DNA from: an uncultured Gemmatimonadales bacterium
GTDB lineage: Bacteria > Gemmatimonadota > Gemmatimonadetes > Longimicrobiales > RSA9
Length of the DNA: 64,000 nucleotides
Assembly: GCA_963708135.1 (NCBI GenBank)
Contig: OY970192.1
Coordinates: 4,576,001 to 4,640,000 of the forward strand
Reading direction: 5' to 3'
Of the stretch, positions 19,366 to 28,619 are shown in pieces (position 1 is the stretch's first letter; every line of letters begins with the position of its first letter). A program made the translations under genes and the position numbers. The notes under the pieces are model-generated. The model was not told the DNA's origin. It searched no databases and was given only the letters and a program-made list of their open reading frames with translations.

Positions 19366-19815
19366 ATGCGCACTTTTTTCAAGTTGATGGCCGTGGCCGC
19401 GCTGGCGGCGCCCGCGGGGCTTCGTGCGCAGCTCACCGCAGAGCACGCACCGCTGTGCCGCGCGTCCATGGATGGCGGGAACCTGCTGACGGTCATCGAG
19501 TTCGCGGATGGCTCCAGCGTCGCCGCGCCGTGGCAGGTGCTGGCGAGCAAGCCGGCGGCCCTGGATGACGGCGCGCGGGGCGTCCGGATGGGCGCGCGGC
19601 TGGAGCGGATCGTGGAGGTGGATCCGGCGGGGCGCAGGCGCTCGACGCCGTTCCCGCGGCCGATCGACGTTACGTTCGAGGGCCACGACCGGAACGAGCT
19701 CGTCTCCAACGCCGCGCAGGTCTGGTGCATGAGCGTGTTGAGGGCGCGGGCCGAGGCGCCGGACGAGGCGCCGGAGCACACGGTGAAGCCGGTCGGCTGG
19801 CGCGCCACGCTCTGA
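19366..19815 (+). CDS. Hypothetical secreted protein (149 aa)
   Basis: Sec signal MRTFFKLMAVAALAAPAGLRA/Q, GAGG RBS, two Cys; no family recognised. Confidence 0.65.
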   Translation: MRTFFKLMAVAALAAPAGLRAQLTAEHAPLCRASMDGGNLLTVIEFADGSSVAAPWQVLASKPAALDDGARGVRMGARLERIVEVDPAGRRRSTPFPRPIDVTFEGHDRNELVSNAAQVWCMSVLRARAEAPDEAPEHTVKPVGWRATL

Positions 19816-19855
19816 GCGGACTCGGCCACCTGCTGGTCGCCGCGGTCGGCGCGGG

Positions 19856-19925
19856 CTAGTGGACCGTATCTGAAGTTCGGTGAGCACCGGCGAATGCCAT
19901 CGCTACTTCGGATACGGTCCACTAG
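19856..19925. mobile_element. MITE-like repeat, short copy (70 bp), inverted relative to 17716-17883
   Basis: Reverse complement equals the two ends of the long copy (36/36 and 33/34 identical) without the 98-bp core; 21-bp TIR with one mismatch. Confidence 0.75.
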
Positions 19926-19935
19926 GTTGGCGGCC

Positions 19936-21084
19936 ATGGAATGGGACGACCAATCCGCCGCCGCCGACCCCGAGCGGCCGCAATCCAGCCCGCCCGGAGC
20001 GGACCCCTCCGGAGCGGACCCCCCCGGAGCGGGCCCGCAGGGCGGTGGCTCGCTCCCCGCTCTCTTCCGTTTCTGCCCGTCCCTCGAGCAGCGCATTCCC
20101 TGGGTGCCACTGGGGCATTTCCCGACTCCCGTAGAGCCCGTGCGGCTGGGCGGGCGCACCGTCTGGGTGAAGCGCGACGACCTGTCGGCGCAGCCGTACG
20201 GCGGCAACAAGGTGCGAAAGCTGGAGTTCATCCTCGGCGCGGCGCGACGGGACCGAATCGAGCGCCTGGTCACGGCGGGCGCGCTGGGCTCGCACCACGC
20301 ACTGGCGACGGCGGTGTTCGGGCGGCGCCTCGGCTTCGAGGTGACGCTCGTGCTCTTCCCGCAACGCGTGAACGCGCACGTCCGCCACGTGCTGCTGGCG
20401 GATCAGGCGCTCGGAGTGGAGCTGCGTTTCACGGGGCGGATGGAGACGGTGCCGCTGGCCGTGGCCGCGGCCCGCTGGGCGCATCGCCAGGAGGCCGTTC
20501 TCACGATCCCGCCGGGTGGATCCGACGCGGTCGGCACGCTCGGTTACGTGAGCGGCGGTCTCGAGCTGGCGGAGCAGGTGAGGCGGGGGGAGGCGCCGGC
20601 GCCGGCGGTGGTCCACGTGGCGGGCGGGACGCTCGGGACGGCGGCCGGCATGGCGATCGGCCTCGCGCTGGCTGGGCTCCCGGTGCGGATCGTCGCCACA
20701 CGGATCACCGGCCGGATCGTGACGAACCGGCACGTGCTCGGGAAGCTCGTCCGCGGGGCGCTCGCGCTGCTCGAGGCGGACGTGGCGGTGCCGGACGCGG
20801 ACGCCGTGCTGGAGCGGGTGGAGATCGAGGAGGGGTGGCTCGGCGAGGGCTACGGGCGCTCCACGCCGGAAGGCGACGCCGCGACCGCGCTGCTCGGGGC
20901 GACCGGGCTACAGCTCGATCCGACCTACACGGCGAAGGCGGCCGCATCCCTGCTCGCGGACGAATCCGCCTCACCGATCCTCTTCTGGCATACGCTCAGC
21001 GCGGCCGAGCCGCCGCTTCCGGCGGGCGAGGCCGCTCTCGAAGCGCAGCTGCCGGCGCAGTTCCGCGAGCTCCTCGAGGGCTGA
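19936..21084 (+). CDS. PLP-dependent D-cysteine desulfhydrase/ACC deaminase-family enzyme
   Basis: VKRDD..YGGNKVRKLEF, GSHHA, GTLGT, LDPTYTAK. Confidence 0.85.
   Translation: MEWDDQSAAADPERPQSSPPGADPSGADPPGAGPQGGGSLPALFRFCPSLEQRIPWVPLGHFPTPVEPVRLGGRTVWVKRDDLSAQPYGGNKVRKLEFILGAARRDRIERLVTAGALGSHHALATAVFGRRLGFEVTLVLFPQRVNAHVRHVLLADQALGVELRFTGRMETVPLAVAAARWAHRQEAVLTIPPGGSDAVGTLGYVSGGLELAEQVRRGEAPAPAVVHVAGGTLGTAAGMAIGLALAGLPVRIVATRITGRIVTNRHVLGKLVRGALALLEADVAVPDADAVLERVEIEEGWLGEGYGRSTPEGDAATALLGATGLQLDPTYTAKAAASLLADESASPILFWHTLSAAEPPLPAGEAALEAQLPAQFRELLEG
19993..20037 (+). repeat. 15-bp tandem repeat x3 encoding PGADP-SGADP-PGAGP
   Basis: cccggagcggacccc tccggagcggacccc cccggagcgggcccg. Confidence 0.7.
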
Positions 21085-21246
21085 GCTGCCCCCGCACGGC
21101 ACGTGAGCGGCCGCCCGCGCGGCGGGCCCGCCTCGCCCGCCCCTGCCCGCTCCCGACCCCACCCCCAACGGCCGTGGACTTGCACGCCCGGGCGCCCGCC
21201 CATACATCCAGCGGCGCACGCTCACAAGGCACAACGGAGCTCCACC

Positions 21247-23475
21247 ATGTCCTCCATGCCGATTCGACGCCGGCTCATCGGTCTCGGCCTCGCGGCCGCC
21301 CTGGCGGGGTGCGCCCCGAAAGCGCCGCCACAGCCGGCCCCGGCGCCCACCACCGCTCCCGCGCGGCAGCCGGCGACGGCGGCGCCGGGGCCGGAAGAGA
21401 TGCTGCAGCCCAGCGCGGCGGCGCTGAGGACCGCGTCGCACATCAAGCTGTCGGGCCTCGAGCTCGGCACGATGTGGACGTACGAGCACCCGCCGCTGGA
21501 CTACTGGAAGAAGACGTACGACTTCGCTCCGACGCAGCAGTGGCTGGACCACGTCCGGCTTTCCTCGCTGAAGTTCGACCAGATCTGCTCCGCCTCGTTC
21601 GTCTCGCCCGACGGGCTGATCGCGACCAACCACCACTGTGGCCGGGAGTGCGTGGAGGCGCAGTCGAAGGGTGGGACGGACTACGTCGAGCAGGGCTTCT
21701 ACGCGCCGACGCGCAAGGACGAGAAGGTCTGCCCGGACCTGTACGTGGACCAGCTGGTGTCCATGGAGGACGTGACGCAGCGGTTGCAGGCTGCCTCGCC
21801 GGCGGGTGCGACGGAAGCCGCGGCCCAAGCCGCGATCGACTCCGCTACGCGGGCCATCGAGTCCGCCTGCGACGCCAGCACGAAGCTGCACTGCCAGGTC
21901 GTCTCGCTCTACCACGGTGGTGAGTACCACCTGTACCGCTACCGGCGCTACTCGCCCGTGAAGCTGGTGTTCGCGCCCGAGCTCCAGACGGGGTTCTTCG
22001 GCGGCGACCCGGACAATTTCACCTATCCTCGCTACGCGCTCGACATCACTTTCGTGCGCGCCTACCAGCCGGACGGCGCTACGCCGGCCCACACGCCGGA
22101 CTACCTGCAGTGGAACGCCGCGCCGGTCCACTCGGGCGATCTCGTGTTCGTGTCGGGGAACCCGGGCAGCACGGAGCGCCTGACGACGCTCGCACAGCTG
22201 GAGTACGAGAAGGTCTACCGGCACCCGTTCCTCATGGCGTTCCTGCAGGCGCAGCACGATCTGCTGGAGCAGGTCGCGAAGCGCGGCCCGCAGGCGGAGC
22301 AGCAGGTGCGCCAGAACCTGTTCGAGGTGGACAACAGCCTGAAGGCGTACACGGGCGAGGAAGCGGGGCTGCAGGACTCGCTGCTCATGGGTCACAAGAT
22401 CGCGTGGGAGAAGGACTTCCAGCGGCGGGTCAACGCGGATCCGCAGCTCAAGGCGCAGTACGGGGACGTGTGGAGCAAGCTGGCGGACCTGCAGGCGCGG
22501 AAGCTGGAGCTCAGTCCGCAGCTGAACCTGGCGCGGCTGGACCTGTTCCCCGAGCCGTACGTGCAGGTGGCCGGGACGCTCGTCCGGCTGGTGCGCGAGA
22601 AGTCGCTGCCGGAGGCGCAGCGCTCGAAGGAGTTCCAGGGCGGCGGTGCGGAGCAGGTTCAGAGCCGGCTCGAGCAGCAGGTCCCGCTCGAGCCACAGAC
22701 GAGCATCGATCTGCTGGCGAAGAGGCTGGAGCTGTTGAGCCGGTTCGTGCCGGACAGCAACCCCATCCTGCGGCAGGCGATCCACCCGGGAGAGACGGCG
22801 GAGGCCGCGGCGCGCCGGCTGATCACCGGATCGCGCGTAGGCGACGTCGCCTTCCGGAAGGCACTCATCGAGGCGGGGCCCGCGGCGCTCGACACGGTCT
22901 CGGATCCGCTGGTCCGGCTGGCGGCGGCGATGGAGGCGTCGGCCGCGGAGCTGCAGCCGAAGTGGCAGGCGGTGCAGGCGGAGGAGAGCCAGCAGGAGGC
23001 GCGGCTCGCGCATGCGCTCTTCGGTGCGTACGGGTCGGATCTGCCGCCGGACGCGACCTTCACGCTGCGGATCAGCGGTGGTCTCGTGAGCGGCTATCCG
23101 TACAACGGGACAGAGGCGCCGTACCGGACGGTCATCGGCGGGCTGTACGCGCGCTCGGCCGAGTTCGACAACGCGATGCCGTTCACGCTGCCGAAGAGCT
23201 GGGCCGACGCCCGGGCGCAGGTGGACATGACGCAGCCGCTGGACATGGTCTCGACCAACGACATCACGGGCGGCAACAGCGGCAGCCCGGTCGTGGACCG
23301 GGAGGGTCGGATCGTGGGTCTCGCCTTCGACAACAACATCGAGGCCCTGCCGGCGCAGTTCCTCTATCCATCGCCGAACGGCCGCACGGTCAACGTGACG
23401 ACGTCCGGGATCACCGAGGCGCTCAGGAGCGTCTACCACGCAACGGCGCTCGTGAAAGAGCTGCTGGCGAAATAG
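21247..23475 (+). CDS. S46-family dipeptidyl peptidase, lipoprotein
   Basis: GTMW, CSASFVSPDGL..TNHHC, FGGDPDNF.YPR, PDAT.TLR, NDITGGNSGSPV; lipobox LAGC. Confidence 0.92.
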   Translation: MSSMPIRRRLIGLGLAAALAGCAPKAPPQPAPAPTTAPARQPATAAPGPEEMLQPSAAALRTASHIKLSGLELGTMWTYEHPPLDYWKKTYDFAPTQQWLDHVRLSSLKFDQICSASFVSPDGLIATNHHCGRECVEAQSKGGTDYVEQGFYAPTRKDEKVCPDLYVDQLVSMEDVTQRLQAASPAGATEAAAQAAIDSATRAIESACDASTKLHCQVVSLYHGGEYHLYRYRRYSPVKLVFAPELQTGFFGGDPDNFTYPRYALDITFVRAYQPDGATPAHTPDYLQWNAAPVHSGDLVFVSGNPGSTERLTTLAQLEYEKVYRHPFLMAFLQAQHDLLEQVAKRGPQAEQQVRQNLFEVDNSLKAYTGEEAGLQDSLLMGHKIAWEKDFQRRVNADPQLKAQYGDVWSKLADLQARKLELSPQLNLARLDLFPEPYVQVAGTLVRLVREKSLPEAQRSKEFQGGGAEQVQSRLEQQVPLEPQTSIDLLAKRLELLSRFVPDSNPILRQAIHPGETAEAAARRLITGSRVGDVAFRKALIEAGPAALDTVSDPLVRLAAAMEASAAELQPKWQAVQAEESQQEARLAHALFGAYGSDLPPDATFTLRISGGLVSGYPYNGTEAPYRTVIGGLYARSAEFDNAMPFTLPKSWADARAQVDMTQPLDMVSTNDITGGNSGSPVVDREGRIVGLAFDNNIEALPAQFLYPSPNGRTVNVTTSGITEALRSVYHATALVKELLAK

Positions 23476-23491
23476 AGAGGGGAGGCGGGCA

Positions 23492-24862
23492 ATGAGCGAG
23501 GTGCACGACTACATCGACGCGAACCTCGGGCGCTTCCGCGAGGAGCTCTTCGAGTTCCTGCGCATCCCGAGCGTGAGCGCGCGCGGCGAGTCGCGGGGCG
23601 ACATGCGTCGCGCCGCCGAGTGGCTGGCGGAGCGGATGCGCGACGCGGGGCTGGACGCGACCATCGAGGAGACGGCCGGGCACCCAATCGTGCTCGGCGA
23701 ATGGCGCGGCGCGGAGGAGGGCGCGCCCACGGTGCTGCTGTACGGGCACTACGACGTGCAGCCGGCCGAGCCGCTGGAGCTCTGGACATCTCCGCCGTTC
23801 GAGCCCGAGGTGCGCGATGGGCGGATCTACGCACGCGGCTCCGTGGACGACAAGGGGCAGCTCTACCTGCACGTGAAGGCGATCGAGTCGCAGATGAAGG
23901 CGAGCGGCCGCCTGCCGGTGAACGTGGTGCTCGTCGCGGAAGGCGAGGAGGAGGTCGGGAGCGAGAACCTGATGCCTTTCGTCCGGGCGCACGCCGAGCG
24001 TCTGGCCTGCGACGCCGTGGTGATCTCGGACTCCGGGATGATCGGACCCGGGCTGCCGACGATCGGCGCGTCGCTCCGGGGACTGGCCTACTTCCAGATC
24101 GACGTGGACGGGCCGTCGCACGACCTGCATTCCGGCAGTTACGGCGGCGCGGTGTCGAACCCCGCCACGGTGCTCGCCCGCATCCTCGCTACGCTGCACG
24201 ACGAGAACGGCCACGTGACGATCCCGGGCTTCTACGACGACGTGCGCGACGCGGGCGAGATGCGCGAGCAGATCCGGCAGGTGCCGTTCGATGAGGAGGT
24301 GTTCCGCGCCGAGACAGGGGCCCGCGCTCTGGAGGGGGAAGCCGGCTTCTCGACCCTCGAGCGGCTCTGGGTGCGGCCGACGTGCGAGGTGAACGGGCTC
24401 CTGTCGGGCTACACGGGCGAGGGCTCGAAGACGGTGCTGCCCGCGCACGCGATGGCGAAGGTGAGCTGCCGGCTGGTGCCCGACCAGGACCCGAAGAAGA
24501 TCCAGCGCCTGTTCCAGGAGCACGTGGCGCGCGTGGCGCCGAACGAGGGCGTGAGCGTGAAGATCACGGTCATGCACGGCGGGCGACCGTGGCGGGCGGG
24601 CCTGGAGGGGCCGCTCGTCGAGGCCGCATCGCGCGCGCTCGAGACCGCGTTCGGCCGTCCCCCGGTCTTCGCGGGCGAGGGCGGCTCAATCCCGATCGTG
24701 CCGGAGTTCGAGGAGGTGCTCGGCGCGCCCGCGCTGCTCATGGGCTTCGGGCTGCCCGGGGAGAACGCCCACGCACCGGACGAGTGGATGAGCGTCGAGA
24801 ACTTCGAGAAGGGCATCCACGCGGCCGCCGCGCTGCTGGGCGAGATCCGCGCCGCCTGGTGA
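23492..24862 (+). CDS. M20-family dipeptidase
   Basis: YGHYDVQP, ARGSVDDKG, EGEEE.GS, DLHSG, GGSIP, NAHAPDE. Confidence 0.92.
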   Translation: MSEVHDYIDANLGRFREELFEFLRIPSVSARGESRGDMRRAAEWLAERMRDAGLDATIEETAGHPIVLGEWRGAEEGAPTVLLYGHYDVQPAEPLELWTSPPFEPEVRDGRIYARGSVDDKGQLYLHVKAIESQMKASGRLPVNVVLVAEGEEEVGSENLMPFVRAHAERLACDAVVISDSGMIGPGLPTIGASLRGLAYFQIDVDGPSHDLHSGSYGGAVSNPATVLARILATLHDENGHVTIPGFYDDVRDAGEMREQIRQVPFDEEVFRAETGARALEGEAGFSTLERLWVRPTCEVNGLLSGYTGEGSKTVLPAHAMAKVSCRLVPDQDPKKIQRLFQEHVARVAPNEGVSVKITVMHGGRPWRAGLEGPLVEAASRALETAFGRPPVFAGEGGSIPIVPEFEEVLGAPALLMGFGLPGENAHAPDEWMSVENFEKGIHAAAALLGEIRAAW

Positions 24863-24874
24863 GGCGGCGCGGCC

Positions 24875-25666
24875 TCAGCGGCCGCCGACCCCCTGTGGAC
24901 GCAGCTGGACCGGCCGGCCGCGCGAGGCGTCGATGTCCGCCTTGATCTGCCGCCGCAGCCGCTGGACCTTCTCCGGATAGCTGTGGCAGTCCGGCGTGTT
25001 GCTCCCGCGCACGCAGCCGTTGTAGCCGAGCAGGGCCGCCCGCTCGTCGCCGTCGGCGTTGCGGAGGTACCATGCCAGGATCCCCGTGCCCGTGCACAGG
25101 TTGTCGTCGATGCTGTAGAGGTTGCGTCCGCAGCCGCGGATCTGGCCCGCCCACCCCGGCATCACCTGCATGAGCCCACGCGCCCCGACGGAGCTCGTGG
25201 CGTGCGGCCGCCCCTCGCTCTCCACCAGCATCACCGAGGCGACCGTGGCCGGGTCCAACCCCTTCCGGCGCGCATGCTCCACCAGCGGCCACGCCAGCCG
25301 GCGCGCGGCTACGCGCGGGACTCCGTGCCGGTTGAGCGCGTGCTCGACCGGCGCCACGTGGTCCCGGTACAGCACCACGTAGTTCTCCGTCTGTCGCCCA
25401 TCCACGCTGATCGCGCTCATCGTGCGCGTGAGCGCCTCGATCTGCAGCTTCGGGACCTCGTGGACGGCTCCGAGCGGCCGCACCGGCGACGTGCCCGGAA
25501 GCGCCAGCGCCCGCGTCGTGAGCCTGCCGACCCCGAATCCCATGAACAGCAGAAGCGGCGCAGCGAGAGGAATCGCCAGAACGCGCTTCAGCCAGCGCTC
25601 CAACTCTTCCAGCAGGCTACGACCGCTTGTCTGCGCCTCGTCGCGTCGACGTCGAAAAACCTTCAT
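24875..25666 (-). CDS. Membrane-anchored lytic transglycosylase (SLT domain)
   Basis: VES, A.S.VGARGLMQVMP and ALLGYNG motifs; N-terminal TM. Confidence 0.85.
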   Translation of the reverse strand: MKVFRRRRDEAQTSGRSLLEELERWLKRVLAIPLAAPLLLFMGFGVGRLTTRALALPGTSPVRPLGAVHEVPKLQIEALTRTMSAISVDGRQTENYVVLYRDHVAPVEHALNRHGVPRVAARRLAWPLVEHARRKGLDPATVASVMLVESEGRPHATSSVGARGLMQVMPGWAGQIRGCGRNLYSIDDNLCTGTGILAWYLRNADGDERAALLGYNGCVRGSNTPDCHSYPEKVQRLRRQIKADIDASRGRPVQLRPQGVGGR

Positions 25667-25819
25667 CGGTCTCTTTGGTTTGCTCCAGGGTAGAGGGAAA
25701 TGTGTGGCCGCGTCCGCCCCCCGCGCAAGGGCGTCGGCTCATCCCGTTCGGGGATCGTCGCTTGCGCGGCCGGTGCGGCGGGTGAACATTCGTTTGTGAC
25801 TCCCGAGGAGATGCGAACA

Positions 25820-26038
25820 ATGGCCGAAGCCCGGCTCCGCGTACGCGGATTGAAGGACCCCGAGACCGCGCTGCAGGTGGAGGCCATGCTGCACGCGCGG
25901 CCCGGGATCGAGGAGGTCCGCGCGGATGCGGAGACCGGGATGCTCCAGCTGCGCTACGACCCGCGGCGGGTGCCGCCGCCGCGGCTGCGCGCCTACCTCG
26001 AGGCGGCGGGGCTCACGTCGCTGGGAGACGCGGGGTGA
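25820..26038 (+). CDS. HMA/ferredoxin-like fold small protein lacking CxxC
   Basis: LRVRGL....A.QVE..L...PGI..V.AD...G.L.L.YDP pattern; GAGGAG RBS. Confidence 0.65.
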   Translation: MAEARLRVRGLKDPETALQVEAMLHARPGIEEVRADAETGMLQLRYDPRRVPPPRLRAYLEAAGLTSLGDAG

Positions 26039-26086
26039 GCGGATCGGCTCAGCCTGTGCGGTGCGCGGATCTCGCGCACGGTCGGC

Positions 26087-27004
26087 TCAGGCGGCGGCCT
26101 GCTCGATGAGGGCGGAGAGCTCCGCGTCGCTGAGATGGTACTCGGCGGTGCAGAAGCGGCAGACGGCCTCGGTCCCCTCCTGGCGGCGGGTCCGGTCGTC
26201 GCGCATCTCCTCGAGCGCCTGGCGGCCGAGCAGGATGAGGGCGCGCTCGACGCGCTCGCGCGAGCAGGGGCAGTGGAAGCGGACGGGGATGCGGTCGAGC
26301 ACCTGCACCCCGTCGGGGAAGATGCGGGCGAGGATGTCGTCGGGCGTGTCGCCGCCGCGGAGCAGGGTGGTGGGGTGGGGCAGCGAGCGGATCTCGGCCT
26401 CGATGGTCGCGGCATCGTCCTCGTCGAGGCCGGGCAGGATCTGGACGACGTAGCCGCCGGCGGCCTCGACGGAGCCGTCCGCGCGCACGAAGACGCCGAT
26501 ACCGACGGCGGAGGGGACCTGGTCGCTGTGGGCCAGGAAGTATGCCAGGTCCTCGCCGACCTCGCCCGAGACGATCTGGACGGTGCTGGAGTAGGGGTGG
26601 CGCAGGCCGAGCTCCCGGGTGACGGTGAGTCGGCCGGTGGTCCCGACCGCGCCGGAGACGTTCAGCTTTCCGGCGCGGACCTGCTCGATACCCGGTGCGG
26701 GGTTGGCCACGAGCCCGCGCACGCGCCCGGTGCCGTCGGCGGTGGCGAGGAGGGTTCCCGCGGGCCCGTCGCCCTGGAGGCGGACGGTGACCGTGTGGGC
26801 GGGCTCCTTGAGCATGGCCCCGAAGGTCAGCGTGCCGGTGGCCAGGCGGCCGATCGCGGCGGTCACGGCAGGCTCCGTCTCGTGGCGGCGCGCCAGCTCG
26901 TCCACCACGCCGGTGGACTCGATGGCGAACGCGCGCACCAGTCCGTCGAAGGCGGTGGCGCGGACCAGGGTGTCGGCTCCGGGGTGGGGCGTGTTCTCCA
27001 TCAT
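26087..27004 (-). CDS. hslO: Redox-regulated chaperone Hsp33
   Basis: GKLNV.GAVG, SGEVGEDLAY...SDQVPS, C-terminal CPCS...CRFC zinc motif. Confidence 0.93.
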   Translation of the reverse strand: MMENTPHPGADTLVRATAFDGLVRAFAIESTGVVDELARRHETEPAVTAAIGRLATGTLTFGAMLKEPAHTVTVRLQGDGPAGTLLATADGTGRVRGLVANPAPGIEQVRAGKLNVSGAVGTTGRLTVTRELGLRHPYSSTVQIVSGEVGEDLAYFLAHSDQVPSAVGIGVFVRADGSVEAAGGYVVQILPGLDEDDAATIEAEIRSLPHPTTLLRGGDTPDDILARIFPDGVQVLDRIPVRFHCPCSRERVERALILLGRQALEEMRDDRTRRQEGTEAVCRFCTAEYHLSDAELSALIEQAAA

Positions 27005-28014
27005 GGTTCCTGACTCGGGTCGCTCCTCCGGCGCGCATCCAGGGCGCGGCGGCACAGATCCAGTACACCGTCCGGCTCCAGCAGAGCCATGCGCTCGCCC
27101 GGCGCGGCGGAGGCGGGCGCGAGGAGCACGACATGCGCCGCGTCGCCTTCCCGCTCCGGGTAGGGGCCCCAGCGGCGGGGGTGCGCGCTGGTGTGCGGGG
27201 AGAAGAGGGAGACGGTGGGCACGCCGAGCGCGACCGCCATGTGCAGCGGCCCGGTCGAATTGGCCACGAACACGGCGGCCCGGGAGAGCAGCCCCGCGAG
27301 CTGCCGGACCGTGCCGGGTGGGGCGAGGACGGGCGGGGCCGCCGCCTGGAACGCCTCCCGCCAGTCCTCGCCGGGACCGGCCGTGACGACGACCGGTATG
27401 CCCTCCTTCCGCAGTGCCGCCGCCAGCGCGCGGAAGTGAGCCGGCGGCCATCGCTCGGCCGAGCCACCGCCGCCGGGATGCAGGGCGACGAAGGCGGTTG
27501 CGGGCGCCACGCCGAGGCTGGCCAGCCGGGCCGCCGCCTCCTCCCGTTCCGCCGCCGTCAGGTGGAGGCGCGGCGCCACGCGCCCGGGGTGGAGCCCGAG
27601 CGGGCCGAGGAGCGCCAGGTTGCTGGTCACCTCGTGACGCTCGCCGCGCGAGCGGTGCTGCACGATCGGGTGGCTCAGGAGGAGCGAGTAGAGCTTGCTC
27701 GCGGGGCCCACGCGGAGCGGCACCCCCGCCGCCCACGCCGCCCAGGTGGGGCGCCAGCGGGCGTTGGCGACGATGGCGGCGTCGAACCGATCCCGGCGCA
27801 GGCGCTCGACCAGCGCATCGACGGGCCCCTCGTCCAGGAGCACCTCGTCCACATCCGGGTTGTGCGCCAGCAGCGGGGCCGCGTAGCGCCGCGCGAGCCA
27901 GGCGATGCGCGCCGCCGGCCAGCGCTCGCGCAGCGCACGCGCCAGGGGAGTGGCCAGCAGCACGTCACCGAGGCGATCCGTGCGGGCGATCAGGATGCGG
28001 GGGGCGTGCCTCAA
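27001..28014 (-). CDS. Glycosyltransferase family 9 (LPS heptosyltransferase-like)
   Basis: RLGDVLLATP, HPG....RWP..F, NSTGPLHMA.ALG.P. Confidence 0.88.
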   Translation of the reverse strand: MRHAPRILIARTDRLGDVLLATPLARALRERWPAARIAWLARRYAAPLLAHNPDVDEVLLDEGPVDALVERLRRDRFDAAIVANARWRPTWAAWAAGVPLRVGPASKLYSLLLSHPIVQHRSRGERHEVTSNLALLGPLGLHPGRVAPRLHLTAAEREEAAARLASLGVAPATAFVALHPGGGGSAERWPPAHFRALAAALRKEGIPVVVTAGPGEDWREAFQAAAPPVLAPPGTVRQLAGLLSRAAVFVANSTGPLHMAVALGVPTVSLFSPHTSAHPRRWGPYPEREGDAAHVVLLAPASAAPGERMALLEPDGVLDLCRRALDARRRSDPSQEP

Positions 28015-28094
28015 CGGCGGTACCGATGCGGGGCAGTGGGGCGCTCGCGGAGCTCAGGCGGCGGGGTCGCGTGGGGGAGCGGACCGCTGGTGCG

Positions 28095-28472
28095 CTACCA
28101 CTCGGGCGCTCCCTCGGCGTCCTCCCGTACCAGGACGAGGACGGCGGCCTGGGGCACGACAAGGTACTTCTGATCCTCGAAGGTGATCTCCACGGCGGCG
28201 CGGCGGAAGAAGATCGCGTAATCCCCGGGCTGTGCCTGGATGGGGAGATACCTGGCCTCGCCGCCGGCAATGCGCCATGGCTCCTCGTCCAGGTCGGTCG
28301 GCGGGGAGATGGGCGTGCCGGGGCCGCGCGCCACGACGGTGCCGCCCTGCACGGCCTGGTTGTCCACGGCGGTGGGCGGCAGGTAGAGGCCGACGCGGCT
28401 GCGCTCCTCTCCGCCCTCGGGCTGGATGAGCAGACGGTCGCCGACGACGATCAGCTTCTTCTTGGAGTCCAT
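28095..28472 (-). CDS. GroES/Cpn10-family co-chaperonin, orphan, with insertion
   Basis: GDRLLI, GLYLP, G.VVA.GPG, GD..IF, E..YLVV pattern. Confidence 0.85.
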   Translation of the reverse strand: MDSKKKLIVVGDRLLIQPEGGEERSRVGLYLPPTAVDNQAVQGGTVVARGPGTPISPPTDLDEEPWRIAGGEARYLPIQAQPGDYAIFFRRAAVEITFEDQKYLVVPQAAVLVLVREDAEGAPEW

Positions 28473-28619
28473 GCGTGGAATAACGCGGCGGCGGTTCGGT
28501 TCCGCAAGCCCGTGACAAAGGCCGCTTCAGCCATGGCTGCGCCCCGCCCGGCCGGGCATCGTGGCCGCGCGTGCCCCGGCGGGGGCCGGCGGCGCGGGGC
28601 CAGGAGAGTGGAGGCGAGC

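Noticed and set aside
17716..19925. Repeats as a CRISPR array
   Set aside because: Only two copies, inverted and 2 kb apart, with genes between; no spacers or cas genes
19936..21084. True ACC deaminase (acdS)
   Set aside because: Has DPTYTAK rather than the DPVYEGK glutamate diagnostic of ACC deaminases
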